Numbered from the stretch's first letter, positions 36,882-51,175 are shown. The stretch: DNA of 64,000 nucleotides from Phoronis australis (GCA_002633005.1 NMRA01000335.1:428274-492273), one strand, 5' to 3'. The notes: generated by a model not told the origin, from the letters alone. Program-made: numbers and translations.

Positions 36882-38862
36882 CTGTAGGTTATTATTTGCG
36901 TCAGTTCTGCGCATTAAGCGCAAACTTATTCCATGCTGATCTCCGCCTGGTAACTGCAACATTGTTGTCAGCTTACTCTCTGCGTACACTGCGCTGGTGT
37001 TAATTAGGAGCAAAATGCGCAGCACTGAAGCAAACCTTGTCTTACAGGCTGTGCAACTGTCTTCGAGAAATATAAACACTTACAACAAAATAACAAACTT
37101 AAGTTGTTTTGTGTATTCTCTTCGGCTGTTTTAAATGCAAAAGTGACGACACCTTTCACGATAGTCAAATCACGTGACTTTCTAAATGTAGAAGTCAAGA
37201 CAGTCAGGAACTGAACTGTATTTTCGTCCTACTTCGACTTCGCGTTAGAGGCAGGAACGAGGCCAAAGGTATTTGACGAGGCTAAGGAACCAGTCTATTT
37301 TTTTACATGCCGACCAGTTTCTCGATCACCTTCAACACACGCCTTTACGCATGCATGGAATAAGTAACCAACACCCCTCTCTCTTCGCTTTTGCCATAAC
37401 TGCTCGCTTTCATCAAATTAGCCGTCGATAAATTGACTATTGCTCTGCCCTCTCGATCACGTGACTCAACCTTTGCCATCAATAACAATGGACGAAGTAA
37501 TAAAGAGTCTATTAGCGAGTATGCTGGGCGATTACGAATAAACGTTTTCCTCTATAAGCCTTCATTGCGAATTCAATGTCGAGGACCGACTAGCGAATCT
37601 TTTCTTCGATTTTGTCAGGCTATTCTAAGTTCAACTTGGGCATCTCTGCATTTTAATGTAATTTATAGGGAGACCATGTTTTTAGTAAAGAGCCCATTTA
37701 TTTCTGTGCAAGCATACAGTTGGTGCTTTCCACTGACAATATTCACCGTGGTCGGACACTAGCCGTGTAGTCTCTGGTATACTCGAATCCACTGGAAGCC
37801 TTTTCAGACAACTCTATGTTTTTGCCAGGCCAGTTTTGGAAATGGAATAAACTCTACTACCCCAGTTAAAAGATCAGGTTATATGTCTAAAGAAAAGTCT
37901 GCTAGTCGTATCTTTTACATCACGTGACCACACTCTTGTGTGCGATTGGTCGGTGACGCTACTTTGATTGTCTCCTTTTTTCATCATCCCCGCCCACAGA
38001 GGGCAACATGATAATTGGTGAGTAAAAGCAGGCAAAATCCCCCACGTCTTATTTTTCCTGGTAAAGATCAATATTGGTTATGCTTTTGTGTGGCTGATTT
38101 GGCTATTTATTAAGAATTTGTTTAGCGACAATAATTATAACACATTCTTCTTTACCAAAGCATAACTGCTTGCCAACATTAAAACGGAATTGGTGAAAGT
38201 GTTTAACTTCATTAAAGGAGAATGCCGCCCGATTTATTTCGTTCTTTACCGTCTTAATAGGTATACATCCACATTAACTCGTATACGGTCGATCTCACCT
38301 CGCCGAGAGGTGTCGCGTTAACCTGTGAGGAAGGTGAGTACACGACGCAGCGACGTCAGTGGTTCTTTAGTTGAGTGTGTGCCGCTGTGGTGTGGCGTAT
38401 CGTTTCCGCTTGTGCGAACCATGAAGCGAGTATACTGGTTTTTTTTTCGTTTTTGTCGAGAACCCTAAATGCTTCGGAAGTGGTTGCGGCAGTAAAGAAT
38501 GAAAAGTACGCCGTTAACGAGACCGTGAAATACCTCCGTGTCTGTGGTCGGCATTGTTCTGTTTCAAAATGAATTATTCTCACCCTAACCAATGTTTAAG
38601 AAAACTGAAACAAAGTGTCTCGGAAGGTTGTCTCAATAGATACAATTTGTAATGCCTTTGGAGTGTTTGTGAGTGCAAATGAATTGAGAAACCAACAATT
38701 AATAAATCATACTGCGTTACTGGCTTGAGATGCAATAAAACTAATTGACAGGGCACCGAGGCCGTGTGAACGCATGATAATTCAGTGTTTTTGAGAGAAA
38801 GCTGTTTTGAAACAATAACTCGCTTTTATATGCTATGGTCAGATGTTAAGGGAATCTTTACT

Positions 38863-38866
<4 letters not shown>

Positions 38867-38920
<54 letters not shown>
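38867..38920. repeat. (CA)n microsatellite
   Basis: About 27 perfect units. Confidence 0.99.
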
Positions 38921-38925
<5 letters not shown>

Positions 38926-41925
38926 CTTATTCGAATCATTGTTATTGTACACCTTTGCCCTGTGCAGTTATGTGGAAGTGGAACCTAGATTCGCGGCTCC
39001 CGACGGTCAGGTACTATATTTGTAATTTTGCTGCGTTTTTACTAAATTATTTATGTGCACATTATTTCTTTGGTTCACGTGTCTAGTGTTCTCATGACTT
39101 GAAGTTTAATTTTCAACTTTGGCAGCCGACTAACCCGGCTGGTTTATGTTCGTGATGTCTCCAGTCCGGCCGCCGGCGACCGGTCTGATCGGGTTCCGAG
39201 CCACTGGGTTATAACGACCGTTTTGTGTGTTTAGAACTGAAAAAAATCGCTAGTTTAAAATTACAACACGCGGCTATGCTCTCCTGTCTATATTACACGG
39301 AAGAATAACTCTATTTTATCACCGAACAGATCAAAACTTCCCGCGACCGACCTCGGTAAGTTGGCCTACCGATCTTTGTAGGTTACGGTACGTTCAAAAT
39401 TTCTATAAATCCGTAATAGCGAAATAAAACAACTCGTTTGTTTAAAAACTCAATCATCAGTGTACTTATAATGGTTTTTTGCATCGAATTTTGATTATTT
39501 ATTGGTGTAAAGCGATGAAGTCAAGCGATAAGCTGACACAGTAAGCGTGTTATGAACTGCTGAACAGACTGTATTAGAACCTATGACGTCAACGGTTAAT
39601 TTCAGCACGCCCGTCTGCCGTCTGGTGTTAGGTGAAATAACTGAACTTGCTGTTATTGAGTGGAACAACTGGATCTAAATTGATACAAAATAGGTTGTTT
39701 TTGGTGGAATTCTCACACAACAATTTACTCAAATTTATTAATTAGAAACAGTCTCCAGCCCATGCACGGTTTACGTCGCCAAAATTAACGCGAAAGACTC
39801 TCTACTAATAGAAAATAAATGCCGACACTTTCTTTTTCTATTTAGAACTCAATGCAATTTAACCAGTAACGTCATTCCTGCAGAAAACGGCATTGTAGAT
39901 TTGACTGGGGTAAATTTCTATAATAGGCTCATCCTGGATTGAATTCACCTTTTCGTGGACGTAGAAAAATACGTTGCATATCCTGTATTGATATTTGTTC
40001 TTTTTGCCAATTTCTTGGTGCAAGCATTATAAATCAATATGCAATAATACAAGTTTACCGGTATTGCAATGACGAATTTCATGAAAATTAAGTACATTTG
40101 CGGGTGAAGAAGCAGGACAAGTGGTTGACACGTGTTGCATTATGGGTAAATACATTAGAATGAGAGTGGTGTTGAGTTACTTCAGGAAAGGCCATATCAA
40201 TGTCACCGATAAGAACGTGAATTCGCCGGGAAAATAGCTTTTCAAAATATATGGTCAACAACTGATCTCAGTACGAGGCAAAGGTTTTCTTACAGATATT
40301 TAATGGATTTTATATTTTTATGAACTTTCGTTCTTTTGTTCACTCCTCTCAGTGCTGGGTTTACTCGAATTTCCATTCGTTGGGAGTGTGAGTCATATTC
40401 AACTGTAGGCAATTTGAAGTCGATGTTCACAACCGCGTGACCATTAAAAAAGTTCCCTTCGTTCTGGTTTAATGCTTTCTCTTCATCAGAAAAAAAGCCC
40501 TGATTATATTCACAAGAGGAAAAAGTCTTTTAAATGACTTGCATGGTTGCACTAACACTTGCGTGTTTTTAAAACTTTTATAAGCTCAGGATTCCAATCG
40601 GATATGGGTTGCGCGCGCATACATACTTAAAGTAATATATATTAGCAAAAAAACACTAAATTCGTTTAAAAGCTGCCTTGATAGAGATTGTGTAGATACT
40701 ATGGTGCTATCGCTTAACGGTGTAAATATACGTCATTATCGTCGCGTAATGGGATCAGACCTCAGAAAACTGTGTTATTATGCCATTCACACCGTTAATC
40801 CAAAACGTAAGTATATATTAATATATTTCTTAATTCCCATAAAACAAACGTTTTTTTTTTTCGTTTAGACCATTCCGGCTCTCTAATGCAGTCTATTAAG
40901 AGCAGCGTGTACGTAAACGTCTCAATAATGGACATGGACTCACGTTAAATAGATTTACGTGACCCAGTGAACTACTATATATACATGTAATCAAAATTTG
41001 TTTCACTTATCTTTTGTGATACAATTCAATTTCATCTAGAATATAACATCCACAAATTTCAGATGCAAAAAACAGTTATAGTATCGAGTCATCATTTGAC
41101 AAAACTGCTCACTTTGTAGATTCAAAAAAATGTTTTTGCTTTTATCATTTGCGCGACAATTAGTTTCAGTGGAAAACATTTTAAACTGCTGAAATGTATA
41201 CTTACAAAAATGAATCATTTAGTTACAGCAAAATTAGTACCCGAGCTTTCTGCATACACACCTATTTTAGATACGCTCAGTTAGCGTATAAAAGTAAAAA
41301 TCCCTAGATTCGTCCAGGGTGTGTATTTGTAAAAGTAAACATAGTTGAGATGGACACCAAACTGTAGCTGAGTAAATTTTCAACAATAAACTACCTGTGG
41401 GAATAACCATTTATCGACAATGTTGTGTATTGTCTTCCTTTCAATGTGCGCGTCAGCTACACTATTCACCTCAGCGAATACCCGTCACGTCCACCCGGGT
41501 GTATATTTAGATGTGACTGTTATTTCCTACCAGTATGAAGTTGTCTGCAAAATATTCCGTAAACTGAGAAAGGTTATCTCCCTGTTGTACACCAATTGTC
41601 ACAAATAAACTGTTCCGACTCAGAACCACTAAAGCTAAGCGTCAATAGACAATGCAACTGGTAGACTCCGCACATGTCAGTTTCTAACCACACGTACACA
41701 GGTAACTTTTGAATTTAACGATTGTGAGAAACTAGGCAATCCCAGTTACCTCCAGTCACGTTTGCGCACTCATCGAAAGCGACTGGCAGTGACTGAGTTG
41801 AAACCATTGAAGAGTACGCTAGGAGATGCTTGTAATCAGGTGACTATTGCATGTCCAAAAGACACGGACTCTCGCGCCACATTACACTCTGACACAACAC
41901 CACCTATACTGAAAAGTGGCCCTGT

Positions 41926-42000
41926 GCATGGGCTGCGCTGCACTGAAAAAGGTGGGGCTATATCCCCCCCCCCCAAGCCCCCTATGGTGCGCCGCCCATG
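41926..42000 (-). mobile_element. CATGGGCGGCGCA MITE with 5 bp TSD ctgtg
   Basis: ctgtg|catgggctgcgc...tgcgccgcccatg|ctgtg. Confidence 0.85.
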
Positions 42001-42041
42001 CTGTGGAAACATGATGAACGACACACGGAACTTTCCGTGTG

Positions 42042-42642
42042 TCTCGTCGGTTCCCTGCGTGCTTATTCCAGCCAGAACGCAGGTATTACGCAGTGGCAAG
42101 CGCTTTAGCATTGCTCGATGTAACCTCGGCAGTCATTGGTTAGCTTTACAACACCGTGAAAAAATGGCGGACTGTGAACGATTTTTAGCCTTGTCATGCA
42201 AGTGGCGTCGCAGCAACTATTTCGTTTCTGAAGTGGTGTTTAATAGCCGCGTGTTTGAAGCACATAGCCTACATGTACAATAAACACATATCTGCGGGCC
42301 GATTTAACTGGTGTGTTATTCATACTGTATGAATACAGGACACTGAAACAAAAGTCATCGACAGTAGAAAGATGCATTCCGAAAAGGCGCAATCACAATT
42401 TCTAGGCTTCACATTTCCTGAACATAAATTCTAAGCACCGATTTGTCTGTACAGCAGACCACATTTACACTTCAGTCCATCAGTCATGCCAGTTTGTTTG
42501 CGTAAAGCGCTGCCTGTTGAAAATTCGACTCGCCAATCAGAACTTGAACGCCGGTGTAAAAAAATCCCGAGGAAAATTAAGTGATACCTGCGTGCTGGCG
42601 CGGCTATCGCCCCACCTAGCGGCACGCAGGGAACCAGCGAGT
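42042..42642 (-). mobile_element. ~600 bp MITE, copy 2 of the 29793-30363 family
   Basis: TIRs ctcgtcggttccctgcgtgc...gcacgcagggaaccagcgag; flanked by the direct repeat (t)tccgtgtg(t). Confidence 0.85.
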
Positions 42643-43714
42643 TCCGTGTGTGGGCATCAATGCGCATGCTTGGTCGGAAGTTACCGATCGCATCACCACC
42701 ACTTGCACACGCCTTCTATGCACCGTACTTGTTATGGGCTTAGGCCACTGGATCGGGGTTTTCTTGATTTTTTTACCTCGATCACTGCCCGTTCTAATAA
42801 ATTACAACTATTCTAGTCCATGATGGTCGCCATACTACTTAACAGTAGTACACAGAAAGGGGTTTCCCAGATTTCAACCAATGGGAATAGGTGAATGTTA
42901 TGACGTCGGTTTCATTACTTTAAGCAATGAGAAGCTATGTTAAACAACATTCCACAGGGCTACACTTCGTAGATCACTGTGAAAGAGTGTAGCGCCACAT
43001 TTCAATGAGAACATCGTCCGCAGAATCGGTCCAAGCATTCGCCATTTTGTTGTGTTTTACCGTAAATTAGTTCACTTGACCATAATACATGGACATTAAA
43101 CGGTCACTACTAATAGCAGCGAGGCGTACATGGGGTAGACCAGCGAAACTAAGTGCAACCATTGGCGGGAAAGTAGAACATGTGCAACTGACGGCAACCG
43201 AGCGATCAGCTGTACGCCGTCAGTGGTAAGAAGACGCACATCAGCCCGACTCGCAAACCGATCAGTTTCCGTCAGTTGCTCTCAGTTGGGTCGGTAACCG
43301 GCTTACAGCTGGTTGTGTTCAATTTCAAGGCCGATGTTCTCTAGACTTAACGAACTTTTGTGACATAAAACTTCACGTCGGACCTTCATGAACGTTATTT
43401 GCACATGTACGGACTTCAGTTGGAATGCAACCGTTAGTTTTTTCAATTTGAAAATACTTACATATCGCGTATGCTGCGCTGGGCTGCGTGGACGTAACAA
43501 TCTCGCAAAAAAGGAAGATAATGTAAGACTTCGCGAGATTTCGTCATGCATCGCAAGCGAAGCCCGTGATTACACTGGCTTTCCTTGCGAGTGTCTCGGA
43601 TTCACGGAACTCCCAGTCCTGGTGTTAATTCGTAGTACAATGTAAATGCGCTTTACGCAAACCATATCCTCAATAATGTATTTTCTTTGCATCGTACTGC
43701 TTATAAAATATATA

Positions 43715-43786
43715 CATGGGCGGCGCACCATAGGAGGCTGGGTGGGCTATAGTTCCCCATTTATTTCAGTGCTGACCGGCCGCCCA
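43715..43786 (+). mobile_element. CATGGGCGGCGCA MITE, degenerate 3' end
   Basis: catgggcggcgcaccatagg...tttcagtgctgaccggccgccca. Confidence 0.7.
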
Positions 43787-46031
43787 AATCTTAGAGATGT
43801 TGAGAAAGCAGTAACTGACCATGTGCGGAATAATAACAAATAAGAAAGAAATGAATATGAATATGAACATCTATAACAGGTCATCAAACTCAACGAAGTG
43901 ACAAATAAGGAACTCAATACTGTCAGAAACCTGACTTCATTTCATTTTTACGAAATCGACTGCGTGGCCTGGGCGTGGTCCAACTAGCTTGGGTTCAGTG
44001 CAAATGTCACTAGATCGACTACAGTGGGTAACTGAACATTGAAGCCGTTCACATGGATCTATAGTGACTATTGTCAACTGTGGAGGCCATTTTGTTGGTT
44101 CACCAGCAAATTTTTAAAATTCAACCATAAACCCGCTTTAGATTTAGATTAGGCCTACTTCCCGGAATATTTTGAGATGCATTTCGCAATGGTAAGTGGT
44201 TTAGATCAAAAGTTGTTTTCGTGATGGAAAGCAGGTTTGTAGCCACATTTTGAAAATAAAATCGCTTCCAATTCAAGCTTCTCGGACGTCAGGTGTCGCT
44301 ATCAATTACTCGCACTGCGGACACCATGAACTCCTGATCGTGTACCGCGGTAAACAAAGTTCGCAGACGATGTTCATGTACTAGCCTCGTTACAGTCTAA
44401 AGAGCGCAGTCGGCTACGTGTAAACTAAAAGTATACAGTCAAGCTCCATACTCATGGCTGTATTGCCCTCCATATTTTGAAAGTCACATGAGTTGGCTTG
44501 CCTGATAGATTTTGTTATTTCCTCATTTAAAAAAGATCTTAGATAATACATAAAACACCGTTTGCCCTGTACATAACGAATTACTACAAGTATTCCATAA
44601 TACGAAAACAAGTGTACAGTGCATAGGATAAGGTTTGCACCAGTGCGGTGCATTTTCTACATAAAAACTGACACAACAGTGTCTGAAAACTATAAAATGT
44701 ATCACTTGAGCAAAAGTGCAAAACTCTCGGAAAAGGAACGCATGACTGGCACAGCAGTTACTGAGATAGTATGTCTATATAAATTATTTCTAGACTGCGG
44801 TGCGCTCATAATTTCTTGACTAAACCTTGACACAGCAACTGTCAAGTGGGAGTATGACTCAAATTTTGTCTGATGTCACTTAAAAGTCACTTTTCATGAA
44901 CGGGACTTTTGGTTTACGTAAACATGCAATTCGTTCAATGTTGTTTCCATTGAGATTAAGCAGACATTAAGATATAAGACTGGACGAGTGACCATCAGTG
45001 ATCAATCATTGCGGCCACCACCACGAGCTGGTCAGCTACGTACGGTCAGATCCCAACTTCATGTACAGGTGAACGAGTGTATATCCAACGGATAGACAGG
45101 TGAAACAAACCAGAGCCGCGATGTGCCCTGTTTCATTAAAGTTGGTATGTGTGAACTCACAAGATTAATCTACAGGAGCGTGTGTAGGGAGTATGTCGTT
45201 TGTTGTCGGAGAATTAATATTTCGCACCGTGTTGTCCGTCGAAGGTTTTCGATGAAAATTGTGTTTAAAGGGTTTAAAATCATCAATTTCATATCAAAAT
45301 TCCCCCAAAAATCAATGGAGCAAGTGTCAAATTAAGACACTCGCAAGTATTTGACTGCGATGTGGAGTACTAAACAGGAAGGTTTAACTATGTTGACATT
45401 GCAGTAACTTGTCAAAACAAGGTAAATGGTAGTTTAAAGCACTTTAAAATAAACTGCTGTTAAGTCTAGAAGATATAAATGTAATGGCAAAATTGTGTCA
45501 CTGGACTAGCTTTCTATAATTCCGCGTTATGCCATACATCACTTGTGGTAATTCATTTGGTAATTTTTAAATTAAAATTCGTTCCGGCGATCATGCTTCA
45601 ACAACGTAACAGATAGTCTCTGATTGTGCGCTTGGAATTTACTCATTGACAATATTTTCGTCACTTATATTGATGCAAAGTAACGACACCTATCAGGCGA
45701 GTCAACTCACGTGACTTTTCACGATTAAGTCAGGAACTTGACTGTATTATTTGCATGTATGAAGTTGACTGTCTACACTGCTACAGAAGGCAGATATTTT
45801 GCAGTAAATTAAATCTACAACCTAACAACTGGGCTTTTCTGATTCACAGCATGTTCAAGAGCGCAAACAAATCAGATTCATTGAACTCACTTTCCATGCA
45901 TATCTCAAAACTGCCGCCAAATCCGGTCTGCCCCTCAATTTGAAATTCAATGGAGAATGCAAATTGGGCTGTACAATGCAACTTAAGGGACGATATCGGC
46001 GAGAAAAATGATTTTCTGGGACCAGTCTCAC

Positions 46032-46090
46032 AACGGAATCGAAACTTCAACCCCGGGAATTGCAGTCTTACGCTCTGCTGGCAGAGCTAA
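46032..46090 (-). mobile_element. Degenerate tRNA-like (SINE-head) sequence
   Basis: Minus strand tagctctgccagcagagcgtaagactgcaattcccggggttgaagtttcgattcc resembles D arm, GCA anticodon loop and T loop; no intact acceptor stem. Confidence 0.35.
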
Positions 46091-46649
46091 ACCCACTCAA
46101 TAGATGGCGCATTTAATGGGTAAAGTCTGTGAATGTCTGGCAGACAACGGGGGGGGGGGAGATTTGGTGATAAGTAATAAAATTACTAAAACACGATGGG
46201 TTTTACTGTTTCATAGCCCTGATCAAAGCTCATAACTTCAACGAGTCAACCCATTCCAATAATAATCTCAAAACGTGTTTTTCAGTAGTAAAGCCGATAA
46301 TGTTCTTCTAAATATATATCATTCAGCAACTAACAAGCGGATGGCGTAACAAACTCAGTGAGACGCAGCAAAGTAAGTTACAAGTAACACTGTCGCTTTG
46401 GCAATAAAATAAATTTGGTGGAAGACTGATAAACCGACCAGAAGTTTGTATGAAAGGCACGTGGTTAAACAGTACAGGAGATGTGAATTAATTCCAATCT
46501 ATCCTCTCTAATAAGGACACCGTGCTACTTAGTGAGTGTGCAACGTATTCACAAGGGATTAGGATTCAATGCATATCATAATTTATTGTGTGCTGTGCTG
46601 AAATTGACGCGGTAAAAACAGACTGCACAATCAGCTGAAGACAGCGATG

Positions 46650-47770
46650 AGAACATTGTCATCACTATCATCATCACTTTTGTCGTCGTCATCATCACCA
46701 CCACATTCATGGTCTTAATTATAGTCATCGACAGCAGAACATAGACAGTGACCACCGTCCTACTGGCACCGCCAGTAGGACGGTGGGAGCTCCTATAGGC
46801 GCTTCATACGCCGTAAGCTTTTCGGCGAATTATGCCTCGCACTGACTAAAACATCAAAGTGACGTTGTTATAAATATATTTTGCGCATAGAGGGACACCT
46901 TAGGAGGCCGCCAATGTATTAATTCCTTCCAACTTAAACAAACACTCCCGCTATCAAACTTTTTCTTCGAGCAGTCCCTCGTTCAGTTCCCAAAATCGGT
47001 AACCCACCATTTTAACACTGCACGCGACAGGTGGCATGTACGTCATATCCCCTGGCGTGCGCAGAGTGAAAATGGCGAGTTACCGATTTTGGGAACTGAA
47101 CAAGGAACGGCTCGAAGAAAAAGTTTGATAACGGGATTATGTATTTGTTCGAGTTGGAAGAAATTAAATACATCGACGGCCTCTATGCGCAAAAGGTAGG
47201 CTATTTTATTTTATTTTATAACAACGTGACTTTGATGTTTTAGTCAGAGCGAGGCATAATTCGCCGAAAAGCTGCCGGTGTATGAATCGCCTATAGGAGC
47301 TCTACTGTATACTGGCGGTGCCAGTAGAAACAGTGGCCACACACCAGAACCGTGACTACCATCGCCGTCATCGTTGCCGTCCTAATCGTCGTAGCCATTA
47401 TCTTCAACATCAGAGACAGTCTGATCATTATCACCATCGTGGCCATCTCCCTCACCAACGTCGTATCAGTCCATCAGTATCATTGCCGGCCTCCGCCTTT
47501 CTCATCCGACCCGGCGCTATCATGAACTTCCGTATCGTTGTCATTATCATAATCTTCGCACCGTCATTATTTCCAGCATCATCATCACCACCATCATCAT
47601 CGTCGCCTTTATTATCCTGAACATTGTCATCATCAGCGATTATCATCGTCGTCATAGTCCGCTATAATAAACATACTTTTCCTGGTCGCCATTAGGCACC
47701 GTGAACAACAACGTTATCGTCGTCATCACCGTCATCATTGTGCAAAATACCGTCATCATTCATCCCGTTG
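46650..47770 (+). repeat. Degenerate (ATC/GTC/ACC)n trinucleotide-rich region, interrupted by the palindrome at 46760-47327
   Basis: Runs such as catcatcaccaccatcatcatcgtcg. Confidence 0.8.
46760..47327. mobile_element. ~570 bp fully palindromic element
   Basis: Left arm 46760-~47035 is the imperfect reverse complement of ~47045-47327 along its whole length, e.g. gttcagttcccaaaatcggtaac / gttaccgattttgggaactgaac. Confidence 0.92.
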
Positions 47771-49761
47771 TGGATTGTTGCCACCGACATTTCTAGATAA
47801 TACAACAGGTAATGGAAATAGATTCCTATCGTGGCAAGGAGACCGACTGAAATTGAAACTACTAATTCGATTTTCGTTTTATGAGGCAGCTAAACATGGC
47901 GAAGTGCAACTTTAAATCGATGCCATAGTGTAGGGTAGTCATCTCTCACTATTACCTATTTTTAAAATTCAGCGGCGAATGAAGTTATTCCGGAAGTTCT
48001 AGTCGCTTAGCTCCACCCTGCTCTAATGGATAACGATTTATTTGCTTACTTTGCCCACGCAACTAAACCAACAATGCAATATTCAGCAGACAACAGTCAA
48101 AACTGTAATGGACACACTCTGTGCTGTTTTTTTAAGCCAACTCGATCAACTTTGTGTTTCTGTTTCGTGGCAGCCGGTATACATCTAAACTGTTAGAACC
48201 ATAACCTGTCCGGTTTAACACCTGCTAAACACATAAATGCAATTTTAACATGTCTGGTTATGTCCAGGCGCGTAAGAGCCTCGTTAATGTGTCGTTATTT
48301 AAACTCATCTGATCTGAACAGTTGCTCCCAATCAAGTCGACAGTTATCCTACTTGTACGTAGTACGTCCCGATTTGTGAAATAAAACAAAAATTCATACC
48401 AACCTTCATCTTCATTTATCCTAGAATTTAATGTTTATTTGATTTGATACGTATGTACACTACTGAAAAGGGAATGAACGATACTACCGTGGGTTTTATA
48501 GAAAATAAATTTAAAAGAAAGTCAAGTTAACGTGTACAGAGGGTACGTGACTAACGATCTCATGGGCGCGCCTCTGAACTCTACTCTTGAGCTACACTCT
48601 CCCAGTCTAGAATCATCAAACACCCAAACCCGCGGTATCCGCACCCCTAAACTCTTCATAAACACGGAACTCAAAACAGGTTGGCGAAACTCCTTACCCG
48701 TGAACTTCTGAAGCCATACACTCATTTTCCGCGAAAAGGGTTCAGGGGGCATTGACGTACAGCAATTTATATCATAAAGGTCCGAGCCTAAGGCAGTACC
48801 ATTTCAAAGCTGGTCGAGTTGCTGCTCCGTTTCCCAGAAATCACAGGTCAATATGCAAGAAATTTTTGCCGTGGGTGAGATAGATACGACGGAGACACCT
48901 GGCTGTGATTACATGTACGAATGTTTATATTTTTATGATGTTGAAATAGGTGATGACGATACACCTAATGGGAATGACAATTAACAATGTTTATTAGCTT
49001 TATGATGCGAAATATAGATGTTGATATGCCAATGAATAAAGGATTGAATTAGGAGTAATAAGTGAGTCAGATACACCTGTCATAGTTGTTTTGAGGAAGT
49101 AAACCCTAATGTTGCAGAGAGAACTTCAAAATAAACGTGTAATGTTCCATCAATTGAAAAAACACATGTGAGGCAATTAGCAGTTTGCATTGCTGACGCA
49201 GACAATGCCATTACACGTGTACTTACTGACTGTCGTCTAATAATGTGTTTTACCATGACAGCCTTTCCCCTCGGTTGCAACCATCATTAATATGTTTACA
49301 ATTTAGTGTAATTGTGTTTAAACGATCTACGTGTAATTGAACAATTGACGAAATGGGTGCTGCATAGAGGTCGCGGTTCAATTTACCGTCTTGTCAAGCT
49401 GTTCTACTAGTAGGCCTAACCTTGGGCGGATTGTCTTCGCTGTATGCGCTTCCTACTCAATGAGTCTGGTCCCGTTCTTAAGGCCGCATTTAAAGCCGAA
49501 AAACGTATTTTGAGGATTATGGATAAGATGGACTTTTTGAAGTTATTAACCAAAGTGAAATAAAAAATCCGTTGTGTCCTTGTGATCATTATAACTAATC
49601 GACAATTCTCGATGCTGGCTTCCAGGTAGGCAATTTTTATTTTCAGTCAAACATGTTTAAGAAGTACTCGGCTACTTACTGGGTGGTATTTAGCTCCAAT
49701 TGCAACTGAAAAATGGCGGACTCAGGACCTCTAAGGTCGCGAACTCGAATAGGTTTTGGGA

Positions 49762-49764
<3 letters not shown>

Positions 49765-49829
<65 letters not shown>

Positions 49830-49845
49830 ATCTATCTATCTATCT
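49765..49845. repeat. (TA)n followed by (TCTA)n microsatellite
   Basis: About 31 TA units then about 4 TCTA units. Confidence 0.99.
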
Positions 49846-50924
49846 TTGATAATGTCACTTAACGAAAAGGAGGTCCCACCCCCGAGAGGCTGGTGATGAT
49901 TAGAGCTATATAAGACCGTCGGTCTTGGTGTCGTGTCGCCAAATCTCGAGAGCGGGCATATTTTATCATCTCCGGTCTGGCGCGGGTACAATATTTGGCT
50001 TTGATGCCCACTGGTCGTGTTGTCTTGTCAAGTGAATAAACTAAGGACATGGGAGTTGGTATGGCATTCTACTCGTGTGTATCTGTCGAGCAGGGTTGTT
50101 CATCATTTGGAACTGTCTCATGATGGACAACCACTTTCCCCGGTTTTGCAGGTTGCGTTGAATGTGTCGCATCAGTGCCTGACCTCCCAATTCCCACCCC
50201 AACCCCCCAAAAAAAATACTTGAAAGAAACCTTGGAGCTAAATCAACTGTTAGTTGATTTTAAAACGTGGGCGTGGTTGAGCAGGCAAGTATAATATTTT
50301 ATAAATGCTTGTTATAAAGCGTTCACCGCATCATTGGGACTAATTTTATCACAGTTGTAAGAAATTGCAAGAGCATTTCTTGATATGCGATGTGGTTCCT
50401 GTTGACGGATGGTGTATGCATATGTTTGTAGTACTGTTTACTGCTTTTTCATTAAAACATCAGTCTGCGGAGGAATAATTCTACACAGCTGTCGCTCACA
50501 AAACCAGTCACCATAATGTTTGTCACACATCTTTTGGTCTTTGTGATGAGCCGTCTACCGAATTCTGTGACGCAATAACGAATTGCTAGTCCCTCTTAAG
50601 GAATGGAACTTAATATTTTAGCAATAAATATTCTGAATTCAAAGTCTTTTTTACAAAGGCAGCGCTACCTAGTGGTCAGTTAAACTAACCGTATTTTTAC
50701 CAATGTAGTCCCAGAACCATGATCTTAAAATCACTTTATTTTCATGGTCTAATATCGAATCCTTTTATTGAAAAGAATGAAGTTTATTTGTGTCCAGACG
50801 TCGACCTCCATTCAAAAATCACCCCCAGAAGCGACAGAAATAACACAATGCATTCGATTCCCAAATGAAGTATAGTTTCAAGAACACAAGTAAATAAAGG
50901 GTCACAATCTTATACCAATAAATA

Positions 50925-51175
50925 CGGTGATGATGACAACAACGACGCCCATAGCAACAGTTGCCAAGGATGGTCAGCTCAGTAGGTCGACGATAGCGTT
51001 GGTGACATGGTGATGCTGATGACGATTGGGACGACAGCAATGATGATGACGACAGTGACGATGATTATGGTAGCAGTGATGATGGTGACGATGATCATAA
51101 GTCACGACGATCATGACCATGATGACGATGATGACGATTTTATGTGGTTGATGATGATGGTGATAGTGATGGACG
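50925..51175 (+). repeat. Degenerate (GAT/GAC/GGT)n trinucleotide-rich region
   Basis: gatgatgacgac...; same class as 46650-47770 on the opposite strand. Confidence 0.8.

Noticed and set aside
41762-42283. 173 aa ORF
   Set aside because: It runs through two different MITEs and has no recognisable domain.
47318-47655. His/Arg- or Asp-rich ORFs
   Set aside because: Translations of a degenerate trinucleotide repeat with no domain or convincing splice structure.
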